The translations under genes and the position numbers were made by a program. A model generated the notes under the pieces. It saw nothing but the letters and a program-made list of their open reading frames with translations. It had not been told where the DNA came from and ran no database searches. DNA of 64,000 nucleotides, from IMG/VR virus record IMGVR_UViG_3300048577_000133, positions 1-64,000 of that record, one strand, 5' to 3'. This document shows positions 1-9,624 of the stretch, one piece after another (positions within the stretch are counted from its first letter, which is position 1; every line of letters starts with the position of its first letter). This stretch comes from a virus.

Positions 1-810
1 CAACAACTTTTGATGCTGCGCTTGCAGCATTTACTGTTATTGCTTTCGTGCCTGTTACTCCCGAACCGTCGTTGGCTGTTGCCGATATTGTCACTGAACC
101 AGGCGCAATCAACGTTACAAGCCCGGAGCTGTTAACCGTTGCTTTTGCTGGATCAGAAGAACTCCACACCACTGACTGATTTGTCGCGTTGGAAGGCGTA
201 ATGGAGGCCGCTAACTGGATTGTACCACCAACCGTTCCAGCTGAATTACCTGAAACTGAAATAGCTGAAACTGCTATGTTTGATGCGCTTATCGTTATTG
301 CTTTCGTGCCTGTTACTCCCGAACCGTCGTTGGCTGTTGCCGATATTGTCACTGAACCAGGCGCAATCAACGTTACAAGCCCGGAACTGCTTACAGTCGC
401 TTTTGCTGGATCCGACGAGCTCCACACCACGTTTTTATTAGTTGCATTTGAAGGGGTTATTGAAGCAGCAAGCTGTATTGTTCCACCTACTGCACCGGTT
501 GCATTTCCTGAAACTGAAATAGCTGAAACAGCAATATTCACTTGATTTATAGTCAGTGCTTTAGTACCTGTTACTCCCGATCCATCGCTGGCAGTTGCCG
601 TAATAGTCACCGATCCGGCCGCAATGAGAGTGACAAGCCCGGAGCTGTTAACCGTTGCTTTTGCTGGATCAGAAGAACTCCACACCACTGACTGATTTGT
701 CGCATTTGAAGGGGTAACGGATGCCGCTAACTGGATTGTAGTTCCCATATTTCCAGACGAATTGCCGGTAACGGCAATCGCCGTTACCAGTACCGCATTG
801 GAAGCAGAAA
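1..810. repeat. Tandem 258-bp repeats (3 copies, starting about 37, 295 and 553), each encoding one Big_2 domain
   Basis: Long identical stretches, e.g. 37-125 vs 295-383 and 119-186 vs 637-704. A more diverged fourth domain lies at about 815-1020. Confidence 0.85.
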
Positions 811-2752
811 CAACATTTACAGATTGCTCAACAAACTTGGTATGATCTGCATTTGAAGTGACTCTGATTGTTGCACTGCCTATTGCTTTTGCTGTAATAA
901 GTCCATCTTTACTTATTTCAATCACTTCATTATCAGAAGATGAATAAGTTGCTGACTGATTTGAAGCATTTGAAGGCGTAGTTGCAATTGAAATCTGAGA
1001 TGTTTGATTCACAATAACTTGTGATGGAATCGTAGGCGTAAATACCGTCAAAGCAACCGGAATTGCAGTTGCCTTTGCAGCATTCAGTCTTGTCAAAAAT
1101 GGTGTTTGTAATGATGTATTTAATTTATTTACAAAAAACATCGCATCATTATAGTAATCAAGAAAAATAGTGCTTGCCGTTTTTGATTCAGCGATAGCGA
1201 CATATTTTTCTGCTAGTACAACCAAATTTGAATTGAATGAAGCATTGATTAACAATGCACTTCCCGAAGTCGCTTGTGACTGCTTAATACAATCAGCATA
1301 AATCCGCACATCGTAGGTATTGTCAATGCCTGAAATTAGTAGTGAGGCTTCCTTAAACTTAAAGAATTCAGGATTTGGAATTTCTACATCGAAAATCACT
1401 TTTGAACCTGAGAATGAATCAGCTGCATTGTCTTTTACTGAATTTACAGTGCGTAGAATTGTTGCATTTTTCCTTATATAAAGGTACTCAAACAACTCGT
1501 CTAAAGTTGCTGACCACATCGTATCAGAGCCATCGGCTCCGTATGTATCGTTAAGCCACATTAGACCGTCTTCACAAAAATCTTGTACCGCACCGGGGCT
1601 GATCTGGTGAGTTCTCATGTGCACTAGTTTCCCTGATCCTATCAGGCTAGTAACAACCGCTTTAAAGGTTTCAATTGTCCAGCTAAATTCGGCTGGAAAC
1701 ACTAATTTATCAATTGCGGTTATTGTCTTCAAATTAAGCGTCGATTGTGGAATAGCGTATGAATCATTCTCATCACAACCGGCCAGATAGTTTTTAAAAG
1801 CCCACATAGCTTCTACAAACTTATTATCACCATTCGGTCTACATTCCACCGTAGGAAGCTTACCGAGAAGTGTACTAATTGTAGATAAACTTTTAACCAG
1901 GGATTCATATTCTGTCGCTCCTTCCACCCCTGACTCATGCGTATAAACGCCTCCGAAAAAGTCAAAAAACGTTTGAATTTCTGCTTCAGAAATGTAAGGA
2001 TTCAAAAATCCTTGTGTTGATGCAATCCAGGACGCGATCGGAGCAATTCCAACCCGGACAGGCAACCTATTTCCGGTACCATCAGTGTGTCCTATTAACT
2101 TTCCGGCGTATTTACCTAACCGATAGTCTGCGTCGGATGAATCATGATAAGCATAACCTTTACTCCCAAAATAGTCAACGGTTCGTCTTGTCGAGGCATA
2201 CCTATTATTTACATATCGCTGAATCAATCCGTATATTCCGGTGTACCCGTCATCACTCGTTAGCGCGAAAACAAAGTCCTTGTTAAATTTTAAAGGGGCA
2301 ACAGTCATCTGTACTGTTGCAGGATCAACTGCTGTTGGAACACGAACAACAACCCGCATTTTATACGATTCTGGTTCCGTAACGGTAGCAGCTATCGTAT
2401 CAGGAACATTTTTCAAAACGCTGAAGTTTATTGCTGACGTTAGCGTATTAAGTAATGTAGCAATTCCAGCAGCATCAATATTTTGACCTGTTGGCAAATT
2501 CTTAAGCTTAGTATAATCAATTTTTAGTGCATCATTTGTAGCACCATTAATTGCTGTTATAATTGCCGAAAGCGATTGAAATGCAATATTGGTGACATTT
2601 GAAGCGTCAATCTTTCCAGCAGTTGATAAATTTTGAACTTTTGAATTGTATTCAGATATGATTGAATTGATCTTATTTACAATTAAATTTAGCTCATTTG
2701 CTGAGAGTTGTTCCCCCGTAACTTTTGTTGGTATTGATAATGATGTTACCAT
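1..2752 (-). CDS. Large virion-associated protein, 3' end cut by window edge (>917 aa); central NodB/CE4-like motifs; four C-terminal Big_2 Ig-like repeats
   Basis: Manual minus-strand translation from ATG 2752-2750 (2 nt after the upstream stop) stays open to position 1, which explains its absence from the ORF track. Repeats read TIQLAASITPSNATNQSVVWSSSDPAKATVNSSGLVTLIAPGSVTISATANDGSGVTGTKAIT (Big_2 signature). Central motifs are FALTSDDG, YTHESG and CRPNG. Confidence 0.7.
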   Translation of the reverse strand, partial: MVTSLSIPTKVTGEQLSANELNLIVNKINSIISEYNSKVQNLSTAGKIDASNVTNIAFQSLSAIITAINGATNDALKIDYTKLKNLPTGQNIDAAGIATLLNTLTSAINFSVLKNVPDTIAATVTEPESYKMRVVVRVPTAVDPATVQMTVAPLKFNKDFVFALTSDDGYTGIYGLIQRYVNNRYASTRRTVDYFGSKGYAYHDSSDADYRLGKYAGKLIGHTDGTGNRLPVRVGIAPIASWIASTQGFLNPYISEAEIQTFFDFFGGVYTHESGVEGATEYESLVKSLSTISTLLGKLPTVECRPNGDNKFVEAMWAFKNYLAGCDENDSYAIPQSTLNLKTITAIDKLVFPAEFSWTIETFKAVVTSLIGSGKLVHMRTHQISPGAVQDFCEDGLMWLNDTYGADGSDTMWSATLDELFEYLYIRKNATILRTVNSVKDNAADSFSGSKVIFDVEIPNPEFFKFKEASLLISGIDNTYDVRIYADCIKQSQATSGSALLINASFNSNLVVLAEKYVAIAESKTASTIFLDYYNDAMFFVNKLNTSLQTPFLTRLNAAKATAIPVALTVFTPTIPSQVIVNQTSQISIATTPSNASNQSATYSSSDNEVIEISKDGLITAKAIGSATIRVTSNADHTKFVEQSVNVVSASNAVLVTAIAVTGNSSGNMGTTIQLAASVTPSNATNQSVVWSSSDPAKATVNSSGLVTLIAAGSVTITATASDGSGVTGTKALTINQVNIAVSAISVSGNATGAVGGTIQLAASITPSNATNKNVVWSSSDPAKATVSSSGLVTLIAPGSVTISATANDGSGVTGTKAITISASNIAVSAISVSGNSAGTVGGTIQLAASITPSNATNQSVVWSSSDPAKATVNSSGLVTLIAPGSVTISATANDGSGVTGTKAITVNAASAASKVV

Positions 2753-2754
2753 AT

Positions 2755-3405
2755 TTATTCACTTTTAAAATTGACAGTTGAGTTAAGAAGCGTGTCTTTC
2801 GTTGTTTTTATTGTCAATCCAAATTGAGTAAACTTTGCAACTGATCCTACTTCCTTTTGTCCTACCAGGTCAACATTTTCAACTCGGAATCGATACCCTC
2901 TCTCATACCAATCTTTGAAAGAGACATTGAATGGTTCTTGTCTTTCGATTGTAAACTCTCCGGTTATTTCTCCACTTTCATTGAAAGCTTTTAGAGTTGC
3001 AGATTTTCCAAATGTTTCGGCAATCATTTGTTCACACTTGGTAATTATCCTTTCTTCACGGGTTATGTACACAATTTGAAAATATAGGTCAAAAAGCGTG
3101 TCAGGATTCTTGACCACTTTGAACCGGTCACCGTCTGGAACGTTTTTATAACCTCCTATCGCTCCAATGCTGGAAGGCATGACATAGACAAAACTTACAA
3201 CGATGGTGTTTTCATTCTTATGTTTCTTGCTCTTGTATTGTCCCCCGCCCATGACTTCAATCAGATCACCAATTTCGGTCTTTGCTTCTTCATATCCAGC
3301 TTCGTTATTCGGTAAATACTGTAGTATGTCAGGGATATACCCCTTACTGACTGCAATAGTTCTAATTGCATCAAGTATTCCCATTCCGATTTCTTCTATT
3401 GTCAT
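2755..3405 (-). CDS. Hypothetical neck/tail structural protein (216 aa)
   Basis: ORF overlaps the upstream stop (3402-3405) and lies in the head-to-tail joining block. No motif recognised. Confidence 0.5.
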   Translation of the reverse strand: MTIEEIGMGILDAIRTIAVSKGYIPDILQYLPNNEAGYEEAKTEIGDLIEVMGGGQYKSKKHKNENTIVVSFVYVMPSSIGAIGGYKNVPDGDRFKVVKNPDTLFDLYFQIVYITREERIITKCEQMIAETFGKSATLKAFNESGEITGEFTIERQEPFNVSFKDWYERGYRFRVENVDLVGQKEVGSVAKFTQFGLTIKTTKDTLLNSTVNFKSE

Positions 3406-3890
3406 AGTATTCCGTTTTTCTTCTTAATATAATTTAATACAAAATTTCCGAAATATCCAGTTTCCTTCAAATGTTTTATTACTTTATCTTTTGAAGGTAA
3501 TAAAAAAGGACGTGGTGGAATACCTCTTTTTTCACTTCCATATTCCATTGTAGCAGCTATATCAGCTAAATCATCACCATCTCTATTGATAACATGTTTT
3601 GCCAGCCCAACTAAAATAGTACTTCCGTAATTATAAGTAGTTATGCGATTAATCATGTCGCTTGACCTTATAAGCATCGATGTTGAAAAGCCTTTTTTTT
3701 CTTTCCACGCCTTGTAATCTTCATTTAACTCCGGCCAATTAGAGGGCTGTGATGTTATTAGTTTAACTATCTCCCGTTCTGCCATCAATCCAACTCGCCT
3801 TAGTGCAATTAAACTAGCATGTTCAATATCTTTATCTAGTCCATGAATCATCCTGTATGCCTTGTCAAAGCCTACTTTTCTTGCTGTCAT
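3402..3890 (-). CDS. HK97 gp10-like neck / tail-completion protein
   Basis: C-terminal MEYGSEKRGIPPRPFLLPS resembles the gp10-family E-x-G...PRPF motif. Position after head genes; overlapping start and stop. Confidence 0.6.
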   Translation of the reverse strand: MTARKVGFDKAYRMIHGLDKDIEHASLIALRRVGLMAEREIVKLITSQPSNWPELNEDYKAWKEKKGFSTSMLIRSSDMINRITTYNYGSTILVGLAKHVINRDGDDLADIAATMEYGSEKRGIPPRPFLLPSKDKVIKHLKETGYFGNFVLNYIKKKNGIL

Positions 3891-4318
3891 AGTTCCTTTT
3901 TAAAATACACTTTTAAAAGAACAAAATCTCCAGCAAAGTTTGCTTTAGGGTAAATTGCAGTCGTTTTCATCTCTTCACCATTCACAATTATTTTATCCTG
4001 CCCGGCAAGAACAGTGACTTTATTGTTTTCAATTAAGCCTGCTAAATCAACATCTTTATACGAAATTAATACGTAACCGTCACTTTCATCAACGACACCA
4101 GACACATCAGAATTAAGTGCGTCTTTGTCATTTCCAGACCCATATACTACCATACACCTGATAGTTATATCGTTAGGTTGTCCTGAAGAAAAGTTGCTAA
4201 AACGAGAGAAAACTGGTCCTTTTTTTGACACTTTAATTTCATCTTTAAAAAAAGTATCAAAAATATCAGTGAATGAACTGTTAATGTCAGAAAGGTCTTG
4301 TGCTGATAGTAAATTCAT
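3887..4318 (-). CDS. Hypothetical head-tail adaptor-like protein (143 aa)
   Basis: Coupled ORF in the neck block; called by position only. Confidence 0.45.
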   Translation of the reverse strand: MNLLSAQDLSDINSSFTDIFDTFFKDEIKVSKKGPVFSRFSNFSSGQPNDITIRCMVVYGSGNDKDALNSDVSGVVDESDGYVLISYKDVDLAGLIENNKVTVLAGQDKIIVNGEEMKTTAIYPKANFAGDFVLLKVYFKKEL

Positions 4319-4788
4319 TATTCATCTCCTCCATAAAAACAAATTGGAACGAACCCGCCTTTGTCTTCCCTGAATCCAGGTAGCGAATATTTCAATATTG
4401 CACAATAGCCGGAAATCGATTCCTTCAGATCATCAAGTATGCCTGAAGCCTGCTTTATAAATCCATTTCCATCGCTTGCCTTTGCGTAATCAAATTCTGT
4501 TTCGGCAACATCAGCCTTGACTTTTTTCAGACGTTTACCTCCATCCTGAACGCTTTCCTTAATCTTTCGTTCAAGTAACCTGTATGCAGTCAAATCAACT
4601 ACCAATAGTCGTTTCATGCCCGTGTATGAACCATCATTATAAGCATCTTCATCGCTTAACAATGTTTGCCCCTGTAAATGTGCAAATGTCACCGCCTTTT
4701 GTCGCTCAATCAATGCGGTATTTGTTGCATTGTTTTCCAAAAATGGAATTCGGTCATAGATTAGTTCGTTAATTGCTGCCAGTGCCAT
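4318..4788 (-). CDS. Hypothetical head-tail connector-like protein (156 aa)
   Basis: First ORF after the terminator that follows the capsid genes; called by position only. Confidence 0.45.
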   Translation of the reverse strand: MALAAINELIYDRIPFLENNATNTALIERQKAVTFAHLQGQTLLSDEDAYNDGSYTGMKRLLVVDLTAYRLLERKIKESVQDGGKRLKKVKADVAETEFDYAKASDGNGFIKQASGILDDLKESISGYCAILKYSLPGFREDKGGFVPICFYGGDE

Positions 4789-4833
4789 TTTTCCGATTTA
4801 TTTAATTTAAGGTAAAATGTTGATTTTAAGGTA

Positions 4834-4860
4834 ATAAAAAAGGCCATGAAATCATGACCT
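4834..4860 (-). terminator. Rho-independent terminator
   Basis: Minus strand reads AGGTCATGATTTCATGGCCT followed by TTTTTAT. Confidence 0.7.
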
Positions 4861-4909
4861 TTTAAACTTAAACTTAAACTAAACTATTAAAGATGAAAAT
4901 ACAAAACCC

Positions 4910-5185
4910 TTATTTTTTTGCTTTCTTAACCTCAGGTGCTTCAACCACCGGCGTTTCAACCTCAGGGACTTTAACCACAGGTGTTTCAACCTCAGGGACT
5001 TCAACCTCAGGTGCTTCAACTACAGGGGCTTCAACCTCAATAAACAATCTGCTTGCAATGCCGCGCTGAACATACGGAGTGTAATTAACTTCTTTAATAT
5101 CGCTTCGTGAAAGAGTTATTCCCTCTTGAGCGTTGTGGTGACTACCTGACGTGTCGCGTAACTGAATGAAAATTTTTTTACTCAT
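4910..5185 (-). CDS. Small protein with C-terminal P-E-V-E/T-P-V-V tandem repeats (91 aa)
   Basis: ORF lies between two hairpins directly after the capsid gene. Its tail reads EAPVVEAPEVEVPEVETPVVKVPEVETPVVEAPEVKKAKK. Confidence 0.6.
   Translation of the reverse strand: MSKKIFIQLRDTSGSHHNAQEGITLSRSDIKEVNYTPYVQRGIASRLFIEVEAPVVEAPEVEVPEVETPVVKVPEVETPVVEAPEVKKAKK
4913..5035. repeat. Short tandem DNA repeats (CTTCAACCTCAGG-type, about 15/30 nt) encoding the PEVE repeats
   Basis: Repeated cttcaacctcaggtg/ggact units are visible in 4921-5040. Confidence 0.7.
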
Positions 5186-5202
5186 TTTTTGGATTTTTTA
5201 TA

Positions 5203-5234
5203 TTTTGTGAGGACTAATTAAAATCCTCACAAAA
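5203..5234 (-). other. Stable hairpin between the capsid gene and the PEVE gene
   Basis: TTTTGTGAGGA-N10-TCCTCACAAAA. There is no clean U-tract on the minus strand, so it may be an attenuator or mRNA-stability element. Confidence 0.5.
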
Positions 5235-5237
5235 TAA

Positions 5238-6533
5238 TTACAATAAATTTTCAAATGATTTCGAAATACGGGCATCAATATCCATGTAGGATGGGAACCC
5301 GTCAGTTGCAATCGATTTGCTCTTATCAACAATCAAACGACCATCTCGCTGAACAATAAAGAACCCAACATGTTTTGACACAAAAATTTCGTCAGTCTGG
5401 TTTTGTGGGTTGCGTCGTTTTTCAGTCATCATAGAACCGTAGTTTAATGCGTCCATTGCTTTGTTCGGATCAATCAACATAATTTGACCGGCTGGCATTG
5501 TAAAGATGTCATTAACCAATGTTGGAGGAACACCCAGGATTGTTCGAAAATCTACTTTTTGTGTTTGACCGGCAAACCCAGCGAATTGCTGAAGTTCAGA
5601 CAATTCAATGCCATCATCTTCCGAAGTAATTAACCGGGTACAATCCCTTTTCAAGCGGCTCATGCGACCAAACGATTTCCGAAGGTCTTTATATGTGAAC
5701 GACCCTGCTGTCTTTACACCAATCACCGGGGCAGATTGTGATCCGTCTGACTGTTCTCCATTAATAAGGATGTTGAACGCTTCAACGTCAGTGGCAATAG
5801 CCATATCAACACCAACTTCAGCTAATGCTTTGAAAAGCAAAGAAATTTTTGTGTTGGCCACCATTTCGTCAGTCATGGCAAAACCACAACCAATCTTGAA
5901 AGTTTCAACATTCTTTTGCCCAAATGTTACGGTACCAAAAGGAATACTTTCAGCTTCACCGATTCGGCGCGGAATCATCTCACCTTTTTTAATCAATGGA
6001 ACTACAGCTTTTGTATTTCCTACCAGGTTGTGAGTTGTACCAATCCAGTTAATGTAATTGATGGCAGCTTCATAATCCTGATAAATTGGAGCTAAAATAA
6101 GTTCTGGAATCAAAAAACGATAAGCCTCGTTGAAATCTTTGGTATTTGCAACAAACGAAGTATGATTATTCAACATGTCGGTCAAATTGTTTTTGTCCAA
6201 AACACCGGCATAACCTAATCGTTTTGCAATACTTCCAAGCGAATCTGTTGTAACATAAATACCAATTTGCGTTAAGTATTTTTGCAACGAAACACCATAG
6301 CGGTATTTAATCGCTTCAGAAAGAGAAATGTCACGACCTGGTATTTCAGCACCATTACTGTCACGTGCTGCTCCTTTACGAACGTCAACAACTTCACCCA
6401 CTAAAGAACCAAAATCTGATTGATAGTTGTCACGTACTTTTGTTGCAGAAAGCTCCCCTTGCTCATTTGCCATAACACTTTTATTGTGTTTTCGCAAAGA
6501 CTGCAATTCTTCAAAACTCAATTTTTCTGGCAT
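5238..6533 (-). CDS. Putative major capsid protein (431 aa)
   Basis: Size and position (scaffold/protease, then decoration, then this ORF), followed by a strong hairpin. No motif verified by eye. Confidence 0.6.
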   Translation of the reverse strand: MPEKLSFEELQSLRKHNKSVMANEQGELSATKVRDNYQSDFGSLVGEVVDVRKGAARDSNGAEIPGRDISLSEAIKYRYGVSLQKYLTQIGIYVTTDSLGSIAKRLGYAGVLDKNNLTDMLNNHTSFVANTKDFNEAYRFLIPELILAPIYQDYEAAINYINWIGTTHNLVGNTKAVVPLIKKGEMIPRRIGEAESIPFGTVTFGQKNVETFKIGCGFAMTDEMVANTKISLLFKALAEVGVDMAIATDVEAFNILINGEQSDGSQSAPVIGVKTAGSFTYKDLRKSFGRMSRLKRDCTRLITSEDDGIELSELQQFAGFAGQTQKVDFRTILGVPPTLVNDIFTMPAGQIMLIDPNKAMDALNYGSMMTEKRRNPQNQTDEIFVSKHVGFFIVQRDGRLIVDKSKSIATDGFPSYMDIDARISKSFENLL

Positions 6534-6566
6534 ATTTTGAAATTTTTAAAATTTAATAATTAAGGA

Positions 6567-6977
6567 TTAAGGATTTTTTTGATAAACACCATCAATAATC
6601 CCAACAAGGCATTCATTTGTAGCTGTAGCTCCTTTAATAACTACTGCGTTAACAAAATTGCCTGCTACTGCAAGTGTAAATTCTTGTTTGCCGTCAGCAT
6701 TAACAACGCCTGTTGCAACAACTTCTTTACCTGGCACAAGATCAACTTTTGCAATGCCATAAACTTCAGCGGCAATAAACGTGCGGATTGCCACACGTGC
6801 GCCGTCTGCGCCTCCAACCTCCACAATTCCAAAAGGCAATTGTGTACCGGCTGTTACTTTTGAAACTCTGCCATCAGCGTCTAGTTTTACATTCTGACCT
6901 TTCACTAAAGCACCGTTGGCAATACGACCTAAGTTAAGGCTATCGTGCTTTGCATTTCTTACAACTGTTTGACTCAT
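6567..6977 (-). CDS. Putative head decoration protein (DUF2190-like, 136 aa)
   Basis: Gly/Val/Ala-rich beta-type sequence between the scaffold and capsid genes. Strong GGAGG lies 8 nt upstream of the ATG. Confidence 0.5.
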   Translation of the reverse strand: MSQTVVRNAKHDSLNLGRIANGALVKGQNVKLDADGRVSKVTAGTQLPFGIVEVGGADGARVAIRTFIAAEVYGIAKVDLVPGKEVVATGVVNADGKQEFTLAVAGNFVNAVVIKGATATNECLVGIIDGVYQKNP

Positions 6978-6989
6978 AAAAATAACCTC

Positions 6990-8471
6990 CTATTTATTTT
7001 CGTGTAAATACTGGGCCATTGACGGAATTACTTGTTCAGTAGCTCCGCTGTTGCCTTCCGGCTCTGATTTGCGCATACTAATGTTTTTAGAACCGCACTT
7101 TTGGCAAGTTGCGCCAAACACTTCAAGAGACTTTCCACCAAACTGGTTAATGTAACTATTTGCCAATTCCAGGTTTGCTGTTTTGATACTTGATAACATT
7201 GCATTACTGATTTTATCGCCGGCAGAAAGTTTATACAATCGTTCAGCTTCAACGCGAGCTGCCGAAAGAGTTTGGTTTTGCTCTTTTGCAAAAGGAATTA
7301 TATTTTCAAGTCCTACCTCTGTTTCCAAAGTGGCAACATCTTCATGTTTGCAAATCTTTGCGTAATCAGCAAGCTGCGTATTGGCAACATCAAGACTTTT
7401 GCTTGCAGTGGATAAATTGGTGTTTGCTTCCGACAAATCGGTTTCCAATTTGGCATATGCTGTTGCTTCAACTACTTTTTGGGTAGGCGCAACTACTTGC
7501 AGATTTGCAATAAAATCTGCGGTTAATTCAGTTTCGGTTTTACCGAATTTTTCTGTAAGTAATTTGATTAAATTCATTTCTTTGTTTTTTCCGTTATCGC
7601 CTGTTTTTGAAAAATTTTGCTTATTAAAAGATACTTGTTTTACAGACTGTTCGCTATCAAAAACAAATAATCTTCCTTCTTTTTCGTAAATTGAAAACAA
7701 TGGGTCTTCTGTGGCTTTTGACATACTTACCACATTTGATTTTTCGATATTAAGCGGATTGCCTTCGCTATCCAAAATTTTAGCAAAAGGATCGGCACCT
7801 AACCAAACTAAAGAGGTTTCGTGACATTCAATAACATTAGTTACAACGCGACAAACCATTTTCCCGTCAACCATTTGTCCCAGATTGTCCCTAAACTCAT
7901 ACCAGTCGTATTCACCATTTTGTTTAAAATCGTGTGATGGCTCCCACTCAAATACTACTGTAATTGAAACAGATTGGATATGTGGCACCGGGAACGCGGC
8001 AAGTTTCCGGCAAATATCAGCGTGTAACTTTCCGTCAATCCATATTGGGCCTTCAATACCAGCCGGAATAAATTGCCCCGAATCATCGGTTCTGGAAGGA
8101 ACAAATTTTAAGTCGCCATTGGCCCCGACAATATTGTCAGTTTCAAATTCGTGATTAACCATTACCGGTTTGTTTGAAAGCAAACCAGCTACTTTTTTTA
8201 ACACCTTTTCATTTGAAAAGTCTGTTGCCTTCCAGGTACCGCCGCCTACAATTGTGGCCGAAATGTGACGAAAGTTGAACGGCAAGAAATCTTCAGGCTT
8301 TGGTATAGCATCTTCTATGTTCGAATTTACCTGCTTTTGCCTGTAATCCCTGTTTGCCCAAGAGTAGTTTCCTTCGCCTATTTGTTTTTTAAACGATTCG
8401 GCTTGTTTCTCATCAGGTACGCCAATAAATGCGCGTCCATTTGCAAAATGCAAAATTCCGGTTTGTTTCAT
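6990..8471 (-). CDS. Putative prohead protease / scaffolding protein (493 aa)
   Basis: Sits between the portal block and the capsid gene. Has a C-terminal coiled-coil region and a CQKCGS zinc-ribbon-like tail. Ends in TAG. Confidence 0.45.
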   Translation of the reverse strand: MKQTGILHFANGRAFIGVPDEKQAESFKKQIGEGNYSWANRDYRQKQVNSNIEDAIPKPEDFLPFNFRHISATIVGGGTWKATDFSNEKVLKKVAGLLSNKPVMVNHEFETDNIVGANGDLKFVPSRTDDSGQFIPAGIEGPIWIDGKLHADICRKLAAFPVPHIQSVSITVVFEWEPSHDFKQNGEYDWYEFRDNLGQMVDGKMVCRVVTNVIECHETSLVWLGADPFAKILDSEGNPLNIEKSNVVSMSKATEDPLFSIYEKEGRLFVFDSEQSVKQVSFNKQNFSKTGDNGKNKEMNLIKLLTEKFGKTETELTADFIANLQVVAPTQKVVEATAYAKLETDLSEANTNLSTASKSLDVANTQLADYAKICKHEDVATLETEVGLENIIPFAKEQNQTLSAARVEAERLYKLSAGDKISNAMLSSIKTANLELANSYINQFGGKSLEVFGATCQKCGSKNISMRKSEPEGNSGATEQVIPSMAQYLHENK

Positions 8472-8526
8472 TTTACTGATAATTGTTACTACTTAATGTA
8501 ACTAATAATCAGGGTTCAATGAATAA

Positions 8527-8560
8527 TAAAAAAAGCCGAAAACAATTTAATGTTTCGGCT
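8527..8560 (-). terminator. Rho-independent terminator
   Basis: Minus strand reads AGCCGAAACATTAAATTGTTTTCGGCT followed by TTTTTTTATTATT. Confidence 0.8.
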
Positions 8561-8585
8561 TACTAAATAAAGTATGTTGTAATTA

Positions 8586-9125
8586 TTAATCTGCTATTTC
8601 TCCAATATATATTCTTACATCATTATCTGATCTTCCAGGTAAGTAGTGCATAACTCCCCTTATTTCAGCAGGTATTTTGTACACCAGATTTGTTGTTATG
8701 CTTGTCAACGGATTTATTTGTTTCAAAGATGCTCCCCATCCTTCAAGCATTATAGTTTCTGTCTTGTCAAACTTATATTCTTTCCCATTATAATTAATAA
8801 ATACAGAACCATCAGTTAACATTCTGCTTTCAGTATCTGTATTTTTAAATGTTGTATTTACAATCAAATACCCCATTCCTTTCTCATGCGGTAAGTTTAC
8901 AAATTCATTTCCTGTATTTACAGAGCTAACAACTTTTACATCATTAACAGTAACATCAAAATAATTTGTGTGCAAAACCTGATTTATTCCAATTTGTACT
9001 TTCTCAGTCTTTTGTTTTTCTGTTTTTGAAAATGACCCTATAACCGTAAACAGTATTATTACCGATACTATTGCAATTAATAACTTCTTCCCAGTGCTCA
9101 TTTTCTTTTTAGGTTCTAATTCCAT
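8586..9125 (-). CDS. Membrane-anchored DUF4352-like protein (179 aa)
   Basis: N-terminal TM segment LLIAIVSVIILFTVIG followed by a beta-rich domain (GYLIVNTTFKNTDTES...). Terminator immediately downstream. Confidence 0.6.
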   Translation of the reverse strand: MELEPKKKMSTGKKLLIAIVSVIILFTVIGSFSKTEKQKTEKVQIGINQVLHTNYFDVTVNDVKVVSSVNTGNEFVNLPHEKGMGYLIVNTTFKNTDTESRMLTDGSVFINYNGKEYKFDKTETIMLEGWGASLKQINPLTSITTNLVYKIPAEIRGVMHYLPGRSDNDVRIYIGEIAD

Positions 9126-9165
9126 GACTTCAAGTTTTTTTTGTTAATATGCAAACATAAAAATT

Positions 9166-9624
9166 CTATTTTATATACCCAATTTCTTGAGCAAAATAGA
9201 ATAATCCATCATCATCAAAAATGTAATCAATTAACTCTTTCCGGATCATTCCTAAAACAGTGGGCACATCGTACACCGGGTAAATATTAAAAGCCCGTAT
9301 TACTTTTTCTGGAGTCAATTCTTTTCTTGTGCAATACGACTCCCAGAGGTATATTTCAGAAATAAAATCCAAAAGCTGTTTGGCATAAACCGACTTGCCA
9401 GATTGTGACAAGTCACCTTTTGTCACATCCGAATAAGCATCTTTAATGATCAACTTTGAAGATTTTGCCATTTCATCCCGGCACTGGTTTAAAAACACCT
9501 GGTTGCGCGTAAACTCTTTGGATACCTCTCGAATATCAAGCCCCAACTTGACACAAGAAAAAGTAAGCCCTATGCCAGTGCATAGAGCTGCCTTTAGAAA
9601 ACTTTTGTCTGAATCGGATAACAC
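9166..9624 (-). CDS. Hypothetical protein (152 aa)
   Basis: GTG start overlaps the upstream TAG (TAGTG). No motif recognised. Confidence 0.5.
   Translation of the reverse strand: MLSDSDKSFLKAALCTGIGLTFSCVKLGLDIREVSKEFTRNQVFLNQCRDEMAKSSKLIIKDAYSDVTKGDLSQSGKSVYAKQLLDFISEIYLWESYCTRKELTPEKVIRAFNIYPVYDVPTVLGMIRKELIDYIFDDDGLFYFAQEIGYIK

Noticed and set aside
1-1020. Big_2 repeat region as the variable region of a diversity-generating retroelement, or a retron elsewhere
   Set aside because: No reverse transcriptase ORF and no template-repeat copy outside the gene is present in the window. The repeat similarity is explained by tandem duplication.
5203-5234. Hairpin after the capsid gene as a canonical rho-independent terminator
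   Set aside because: The stem is strong, but the minus-strand sequence after it is A-rich rather than a U-tract. It is kept only as a possible attenuator or stability element.
6975-6992. Scaffold/protease ORF (6990..8471) and decoration ORF (6567..6977) are in the same frame, separated only by TAG-GAG-GTT-ATT-TTT-ATG, which could mean a readthrough fusion
   Set aside because: The spacer is a textbook GGAGG Shine-Dalgarno plus ATG for independent initiation. Same-frame adjacency has a one-in-three chance. There is no other evidence for readthrough.
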